Shown: positions 61,738 through 64,000 of the stretch, piece after piece
Layout of the letters: each line of letters begins with the position of its first letter
Numbering within the stretch: position 1 is the stretch's first letter
NCBI GenBank assembly: GCA_965209155.1
Contig: OZ242383.1
Location: 3,680,001 to 3,744,000, forward strand
DNA from: a bacterium
GTDB taxonomy: Bacteria; SAR324; NAC60-12
DNA: 64,000 bases
Reading direction: 5' to 3'
Translations under genes and position numbers: made by a program
The notes under the pieces: generated by a model
The model's input: the letters and a program-made list of their open reading frames with translations, nothing else
Told to the model about the DNA's origin: nothing
Database searches by the model: none

Positions 61738-62093
61738 TGAAGTAAATCGGTGTCCCCGCTCGAGAATCCTCCACCCCTATAAAATCCACCGCATAGGACT
61801 TGATTGTTACAAAAAATCAATACTCACAGTCATGTCTGCAAGCCCAGAATCAACTGATCAGGCTTTGAGGGTCTACAGATAAACCGATTCCAGCCTGCTA
61901 TATTTCCTGATTTTGGAATCAATCCCAATGACTTATATCCGGGGCGGATATTCTCATCGAGAGTGTGAAATTCAGTTGTCCTCTATTTCCGGATCTGATA
62001 TAAGCTAAGCCAATAAAATACTCAGTATAAAAAATTAATAAATCGTTGCACATGGAAAAAAACGAATCTGCAAATGAAAAGAGAGGATAAACA

Positions 62094-62885
62094 ATGAGTC
62101 AACAGTTCATCAATGTCGAGAAAAAAGGTCATATTTCGATTTTGACCATGAATCGTCCGGAGGTGTTGAATGCCATCCACCCGATGATCAGCCGGGAGAT
62201 GTCGGAGGCGATCAACGAATTTGACGAAGATCCGCAACAGTGGGTGCTAATCGTCACTGGTGCGGGTGAACGCGCTTTTTCGGCAGGCAACGATTTGAAA
62301 TTCACGGCTGCGCATGGGGTATCTAAAGTGAAGGAATTGATGCAGGGCGTGAAAGGGGGATTCGGAGGTATCACCAACCGGCATGATTGCAGCAAACCTT
62401 TTATTGCCGCCGTCAATGGATTCGCCTTTGGTGGAGGATTCGAGATCGCCCTTGCCTGTGACATCATCATTGCTTCCGAAAATGCCCTCTTCAGTTTTCC
62501 GGAACCACGAGTGGGATTGATGGCGGCAGCGGGAGGGGTGCACCGTTTGCCTCGCAGGATCCCTTACCACCTGGCCATGGAAATGCTGCTCACTTCGAGC
62601 AGGGTCAGTGCCGAGCAAGGGAAAGCCTGGGGGTTCGTCAACAAAGTCGTACCGACGGAGCAATTGATGCGCACGGCTGAATCCTATGCGGAAGAAATCA
62701 TGAAAGGAGCGCCTATTTCGGTGAGAGCGAGTAAAGAATCTGCGAATGCCGGTATGGACTATTCGCTTACTGAAGTGATTACCAAGGTATTCCCCCAGCA
62801 TAAAGCGATGCAAGAGTCCGAGGATACGGTCGAAGGCCCCAAAGCCTTTGCGGAGAAACGTCCTCCCCGGTGGAAAGGACGTTGA
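62094..62885 (+). CDS. Enoyl-CoA hydratase/carnitinyl-CoA dehydratase-like
   Basis: FSAGNDL, AVNGFAFGGGFEIALACD, PEPRVG, AFAEKRPP. Confidence 0.93.
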   Translation: MSQQFINVEKKGHISILTMNRPEVLNAIHPMISREMSEAINEFDEDPQQWVLIVTGAGERAFSAGNDLKFTAAHGVSKVKELMQGVKGGFGGITNRHDCSKPFIAAVNGFAFGGGFEIALACDIIIASENALFSFPEPRVGLMAAAGGVHRLPRRIPYHLAMEMLLTSSRVSAEQGKAWGFVNKVVPTEQLMRTAESYAEEIMKGAPISVRASKESANAGMDYSLTEVITKVFPQHKAMQESEDTVEGPKAFAEKRPPRWKGR

Positions 62886-63030
62886 AAAAGAATTCCGAAC
62901 TTTGTAGCCTGCCAGCGTGTTGGCGAAACAAACGAGCAGGCAATGCAATGTTGGAAATACAAACCCGAAATTGCTTGATTGAAAAATTCGGGTATTCGTT
63001 ACGCGTCGTGATCGTATCAGAATAGTTTGA

Positions 63031-63600
63031 ATGGCTGTTTACGGTAAATTACTGGCTGGTTTCCTTTTTTCCAGCAAACCATTGTTTGAAAACGCCCTGC
63101 GGCAATTCGCTGAAAAAACTGGAAGTGTCCAGCGGCGATCAGAATGCTATTTGTTCGAGGAAACCAAATACTATGCAGTCGAAATGTCAGCAACCCTGTA
63201 CAGGCAGTATGTGAGTTTTTCAGGAGTAATTACGCTTGAGGACGCAATCCGTTGGAAACAATGGGCCTGCCTGGTGGAAGACTCGTTACGCGTGAATGGA
63301 AATCGGCAAGTCAATGTGGATCCCGGATTCCTGGATTTGCACAAGATTGTTCTACTTTCCTCCAAGGCCGCTGGTCATAAAATTTACCTGGGAGATCAAG
63401 TGTGGGCAGATTTGGCGCTTTTCAAGGAAAAAGGAGGTTACCGGCATTTTGCCTGGACTTTCCCGGACTTGCGTACGCATAAATACGACAGCTGGTTTTT
63501 ACAGGCTCGGGTTGATTTTAAAAAAGATTTGAATATGCTAAGAAAAATGAGTGAAAGTAACGAGGATTTGATCACGTTTTACAGGAAGGAAGAGCAATGA
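63031..63600 (+). CDS. DUF4416-like protein
   Basis: TKYYAVEM, RQVNVDPGF, HKIYLG, WTFPD. Confidence 0.78.
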   Translation: MAVYGKLLAGFLFSSKPLFENALRQFAEKTGSVQRRSECYLFEETKYYAVEMSATLYRQYVSFSGVITLEDAIRWKQWACLVEDSLRVNGNRQVNVDPGFLDLHKIVLLSSKAAGHKIYLGDQVWADLALFKEKGGYRHFAWTFPDLRTHKYDSWFLQARVDFKKDLNMLRKMSESNEDLITFYRKEEQ

Positions 63601-63977
63601 ACATAGCACTGTGGATCGTTCAAGTTGCCCTGGCGGCAGTATTTGTCATGTCGGGGGGATTCAAAGTTGTACAACCGATAGAGACGTTGGGGGCTGAAAT
63701 GGCGTGGGTTGCCGATGTTTCACCGGCTTTAATTCGCTTTATTGGAATTAGCGAGGTTTTGGGAGCAGTGGGTATCATCCTACCCGCGCTTACCAGGATT
63801 TTACCGTGGCTCACCCCGCTGGCTGCTGCAGGATTGGGAACCGTGATGGTTCTGGCCGGCATTTTTCATCTCACTCGTGGAGAATTCATGGCGGTTGTTC
63901 CCAATCTTGTATTACTCGCACTGGCGCTTTTCGTAGTTTATGGACGATTGAAATTGCATCCGATTGCTGCGAAATGA
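63597..63977 (+). CDS. DoxX family membrane protein
   Basis: MNIALWIVQVALA, FIGISEVLGAVGIILP. Confidence 0.88.
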   Translation: MNIALWIVQVALAAVFVMSGGFKVVQPIETLGAEMAWVADVSPALIRFIGISEVLGAVGIILPALTRILPWLTPLAAAGLGTVMVLAGIFHLTRGEFMAVVPNLVLLALALFVVYGRLKLHPIAAK

Positions 63978-64000
63978 ACAGAAACGTCAAAACGGAGAGA

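Noticed and set aside
1..64000. CRISPR array, rRNA or prophage
   Set aside because: No regularly spaced repeats, rRNA-like sequence or phage genes found

Overview
64 kb of a bacterial chromosome; gene content and style suggest a deltaproteobacterial (SAR324-like) marine heterotroph, which is inference only. 1-9.8 kb is a catabolic cluster: a two-domain PhyH-type dioxygenase missed by the ORF track, an amidase, a LacI-regulated peptide/nickel-type ABC operon with a frameshifted binding protein, and an SDR. 9.9-19.6 kb is a decaying accessory zone: an IS91-like remnant, five toxin-antitoxin modules or relics, an AAA/PD-(D/E)XK protein, TauD, a dead ABC binding protein, and a nonsense-riddled sensor kinase into whose 3' end a TA module is inserted between 63-bp direct repeats. 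20-64 kb is mostly metabolic and housekeeping genes (liv-type ABC, ahcY, plsX-rpmF-yceD-fdxA-tRNA-Gln, a second peptide ABC operon, hflK, folD, cfa cluster, pepA, deoD, argJ, penicillin acylase, IS200, 5'-nucleotidase, xth). The most unusual structure is a four-helix-bundle gene enclosed by 42-nt inverted arms with G-U-compatible substitutions, nested inside IS200/REP-like hairpin ends (33.3-33.9 kb). Other highlights: a Cfa-like methyltransferase plus flavin reductase pair (candidate 10-methyl fatty acid pathway), a catalytically degenerate 7TM-cyclase, and several unexplained structured intergenic elements.
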